Assembly: GCA_964016885.1 (NCBI GenBank)
Contig: OZ024740.1
Span: 297,352,001-297,416,000 of the forward strand
From: Eledone cirrhosa
Lineage: Eukaryota
Length of the DNA: 64,000 nucleotides
Direction: 5' to 3'
In this document: one piece after another, positions 55,194 through 64,000 of the stretch
How positions within the stretch are numbered: position 1 is the stretch's first letter
Layout of the letters: each line of letters starts with the position of its first letter
Notes under the pieces: generated by a model
Seen by the model: the letters and a program-made list of their open reading frames with translations, nothing else
Told to the model about the DNA's origin: nothing
The model's database searches: none
Program-made: the position numbers and the translations under genes

Positions 55194-55407
55194 GAGTTAA
55201 CGAGTTTGACCACTGACACTTCCAACTCCTTTCTTCAGTGAATGACATTCAGATTTCGCCGGAATAATCTACTCCAACTCAAATGCTTACTCTGGTTACG
55301 GAAATGACGTCACAAGAGACTATTTGCCCAATAGAAAAGTGTTATCTGATTACAGTTCAGAGAATTCTAAGCTAATTCCGGGAAATTTTTTGAAACTTAA
55401 ACAATTC

Positions 55408-55690
55408 TGCTGCACGTCAGCCTGAGGGGGCCAAACTCCTCAAATACCGGTCGCTCTCCAACAGGATTGCGGTCGTACCCCTGGAAAGGCAAACTTCTGG
55501 GGTCCCCGGCTCCAGGGCTACCTCCTTACTCACCACCATAGGCGCTGAGTTAGCCAGCAGGAGGTGTGAGCCCCGCCAGTTGGAGTGGCTCTCCAGCGCG
55601 TCTCCCTCGCCGTCCGCCGGGGAAACGCCTTCTCCATTCTGTCCGCCGGAGCTGTGGCTGGGCCCCATCGCGTACCGTTGTAGTTGTTGT
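55408..55690 (+). mobile_element. CRE-type non-LTR RLE C-terminal fragment (duplicate at 59708-59990)
   Basis: Read from the 59708 copy: AARQAEGAKLLKYRSL..VPLEVETSGVLG..LEWL/QRVSLAVRRGNAFSILSAG, with one frameshift. This copy differs at a few residues. Confidence 0.75.
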
Positions 55691-55816
55691 AGAAGAAACA
55701 AGAATACAACATCTAATCTAATATGTATTTCTACGCCACTTTAAGTATAGGCCTATAGACCTAATAGAATACGATAGATTAGTTTCGCAATATTTCTTTG
55801 CAAAACAACCACATTT

Positions 55817-55895
<79 letters not shown>

Positions 55896-56144
55896 ACGTA
55901 TGAGTGTTGGAATTCCGAAAAAAAATATTTCAGCTAGGTATACATTTTAATGAATTCTATTTGTTATGGGACAGAAAGGGACCCATTCTGAGACTCTCAG
56001 GAAGATTCAGGTACAAGACATTATTGCCAGTTGAGAGAATTGGGACATCGTAAGGAAAAGAGTCTTGCTCAAGGACACAATGCACCGCTGCGAATTGAAT
56101 TGAGCCGAATCCACAAACGACAGAGTCATGCACCATCACTAAAG

Positions 56145-56256
<112 letters not shown>

Positions 56257-56337
56257 ATGTATATATTTGTTCAAATAAGAATGGGTTTGGTTTAACAAAC
56301 ACATAGAATAGCACACATACACATACACACACAAGCA

Positions 56338-56422
<85 letters not shown>

Positions 56423-56681
56423 CATATACCGAGAGAGAGAAAAAGTGGGGAGGGAAGGATTGAGAGAAAGCAGAGAGAATGATGAGAAATGAGAGATTGG
56501 GTGAGGTGACGAAAATATAGAAATAAAAAAAGGGAGAAAAAGAGACTGTCCAATCCAGTTTCACAAACGCACATAATACACCAACGCATATACACAACCA
56601 CATATACACACACACACACACACATCCACACACACATATATATAGATACACACACACACACGCACGCACACACACAGACAA

Positions 56682-56720
<39 letters not shown>

Positions 56721-56985
56721 ACATAGCTAGTTGTGGAATCAAGTTATTAAGAGACAATGAGTAAATGCAACCCGTTATGCTGTTTTAAATCTAAAAAACA
56801 GAGTACTTCTACGAATGATGCAAATAACACTACGACAGTTACTCGTGATGGCACTGGCGATACGATTTCGAATTATTACAGACGACAGGAAGGCCGACAC
56901 GTGATCCATAGTACACCAGCTGAGCCTGAAAAATCTCTAGGTGAGTGAATGGTTTTCGGTTCATTACATACTCAAGGAACACCAA

Positions 56986-57073
<88 letters not shown>

Positions 57074-57277
57074 TATTATGAACGTTGTCTGTATGTATAT
57101 CCGTATCAATCCCCCCCTCTTCCCCCCCCCCCTCTCTCTCTCTATATATATATATACATACATACATGTATGGTTGTATGTATAAACATGTAATCTCTCT
57201 GTTTTCTCTCTCTCTCTCTCTCTGTGTTCTGTTATTAATTCTGGTAATATTATTACAATATGACCCGCCCCAAGTAT

Positions 57278-57317
<40 letters not shown>

Positions 57318-57457
57318 ATATATATACATATATAAGAATCCTGGAGCAAGACATGGCAGCGATAATGAGGGACAGAGACCGCTGGAGAGAAGTCGTCCAT
57401 GGATCTCGGGAATTTTACCCGCCCTATATATATATATATATATAATATATATTATAT

Positions 57458-58750
57458 ATAGGAACGAGTAGGACCCCGACGGCTGAGCTCAAGCCGGTTC
57501 GACGGCTAATTCTGGACTAAATGAAAATGTTTATCCTGGTATATGAATAGCCGAGCTTCTCAGAGGGACATTCCATATATGTCGTCGTCCATTTCATTTT
57601 CTCGCCCACCCGAGGTAGCCCCTCGGTCCTTTGTAGCCTCAGTATCCCAACCCCATACCCTATTCTATGATAGAATTGGCCGACTCCGCTTTTTATAGCA
57701 GATGTGATAGACCCCAGATACTTGCTTTCTTATCCGATGGCTGCCCCATTTCCGTGCTTTCTACCTTTCTGAGTGGTATCTCTGCTTTAATTTCTTGTAT
57801 ATCAGTATTTAATTTTTTTTTTTGGGGGGGGGGGGGGTCTGAATTAATTTTCCGTATCAAATATTTCATATACCTAGTACGAGCATTTATGTAGTTTGCA
57901 CTAGAATTTTTGTATCATAGCGGCACCCTTAGAGATAGTATTAGTATTCATTTTGGGTATTCTGAATTATTATTTCATATTAGATTATTTTTTGCACTGG
58001 CTGGTTGCTGGCCTTGTGCCTAGGGTGGAGGCAATTATTTCGTATTAGTTTCGGGTCTCTGAATTATTATTTCGTGGTAGTTTCTTTAGTATTTTGGGCC
58101 CCGACTTGTTGACCTGTCACCGTAAGATATACTCGGTTGATTACTATTAAATCTTAAAATGGTCTCTTTACAATTCCGTCCCACCTAGTAAACTTTTTCT
58201 ATAGTTTAGCAGTACCAGTGAGAGACTTGATGACTGTCGTTAGGGAATAGTAACCAGAAATTGTTTTTTTATATTTATAACATTCTTGGTATTCTTCTAT
58301 ATATTTACTCCATATTGACTTACTTATTGTTTCGACTTGCTCCCCCCTCCCTCTCCCTAGTATTCTTGCTTGACCTCCTGCCCTGCTGTAGTTGGCACTA
58401 TCAACGCACGACTGGGTTTCCTCCACTCCCTCTCCCTCTTTCTTCTACTGGCAGGTTCAGCTACCCCTTCCTTCCACAAATTGCCATGATAGAATTATGT
58501 GTCTCAACAACAAACTTTTGACCAATCTTTGTGACAATCACTTTTACCATATATGGAATTACCCCCTCAGAAGCTCGGCTATTCATATACCAGGATAAAA
58601 ATTTTCATTTAGTCCAGAATTAGCCTTCGAAACGGCTTGAGCTCAGCCGTCGGGGTCCTACTCGTTCCTATTACCCACTCCACTACCCTAAGTATTGAGT
58701 ACTTTGGGGCGTTATGGTCCACCTGGTTCCTTACCACATTTCTTTCGTTA
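57458..58750 (+). mobile_element. Long family X element: inverted 5' arm, about 1 kb internal region, hammerhead and tail (duplicate at 61978-62898)
   Basis: 57458-57580 is the reverse complement of about 58548-58671. (TA)n flanks. Confidence 0.75.
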
Positions 58751-58765
58751 TATATATATATATAT

Positions 58766-58827
<62 letters not shown>

Positions 58828-59168
58828 TATATGATATATGCACTACCAAGTTCTTCCAGGATCTGTTGCTTTTGTTCCAGCCTGAAATAGTTGACCTAAT
58901 ATCCAAGTCTGTTCCGCCGTGAATATCTCGTCTTATTCTCGGACAAAGTATGTTGAGTCCAGGTGTGACCCTAGACATGATAACTTAAACAAACTAAAAA
59001 ACTAAAGAACGATTCAAGTGTTTTATGATCTAATGTGCCTTTCTTTTAAGACGGTCAAATGATCACACCGATTCCTTCGTACACACACACACACACACGC
59101 ATACGTGTATATTTGTTTGTTTGTGTGTATGTATGTATATATGTAGGTGTATATGTATGTTTTAATTA

Positions 59169-59208
<40 letters not shown>

Positions 59209-59229
59209 GTGTGTGTGTGTATGCTTGCA

Positions 59230-59263
<34 letters not shown>

Positions 59264-59347
59264 TGTGGGCATGTGTGAATGTATCAGGCTGCTCTCTAGC
59301 GCTACTGGTAATATGTCACTCAACCAAGCTTTTTTGTTGAGGAGGCT

Positions 59348-59389
<42 letters not shown>

Positions 59390-59411
59390 TATGTGTGTGT
59401 GTGTGTGTGTG

Positions 59412-63635
<4,224 letters not shown>

Positions 63636-64000
63636 AGTTTACATTACTTCCTTCTCCTGACTCTAGCTACCGACATTCTTCATCAGACCAGTTTACTACG
63701 ATGATAAATGCAACAAAAGCACTACCAAACTATTGACCTATTTCTTCACACCCTTCATATATTTCTACACCCAACGGAAAGGCTTGCTGAATACACAAGC
63801 CGAAACCGCTTGACACCGCGTTCGGAATTTTACATCTCTCTCTATATATATATATAATTCAAGCATAATCGCTGAACTACTTAATGACAGTATCACTCAG
63901 CCACTCACTCAGCCATCATTATCGCCATCACCATCACCACCGTCACCATCTCCTGCCACATCTACATCTTATGTATTATGTTGTATCAGATGAAAGAATG

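Noticed and set aside
53844-55225. Gly/Val-rich (plus) and Pro/Thr-rich (minus) long ORFs resembling structural proteins or mucins
   Set aside because: Degenerate (GGT/GTT)n tract that is open on both strands and runs into (GA)n. No non-repetitive domain or splice support.
55417-55701. Duplicated 94-aa minus-strand ORF as a novel gene
   Set aside because: It is the antisense of a CRE-type retrotransposon fragment inside the tandem duplication.

Overview
A gene-poor, repeat-saturated eukaryotic window. The SINE, LINE and microsatellite make-up looks like an octopus (coleoid cephalopod) genome; this is an inference. I can support no host exon, and almost all listed ORFs are translations of (TA)n/(CA)n/(CATA)n/(GA)n tracts. 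The real content is: a near full-length but disabled RTE/BovB-type LINE (about 40.7-45.0 kb, minus); R4/Dong-type RLE LINE fragments piled up in (CATA)n tracts; CRE-type and other RTE 3' fragments; two mariner relics; more than 20 tRNA-derived SINE copies; and a roughly 4.3 kb tandem duplication (55.2-63.6 kb). The most interesting signal is non-coding. Many short fold-back (inverted-repeat) elements sit in (TA)n tracts, and several can be folded by eye into type I hammerhead ribozymes (Penelope/retrozyme-like). These include a very young 591-bp monomer present as an inverted plus tandem array with three identical hammerheads, and at least three unrelated families that carry the compensatory U3-A8 core instead of C3-G8.
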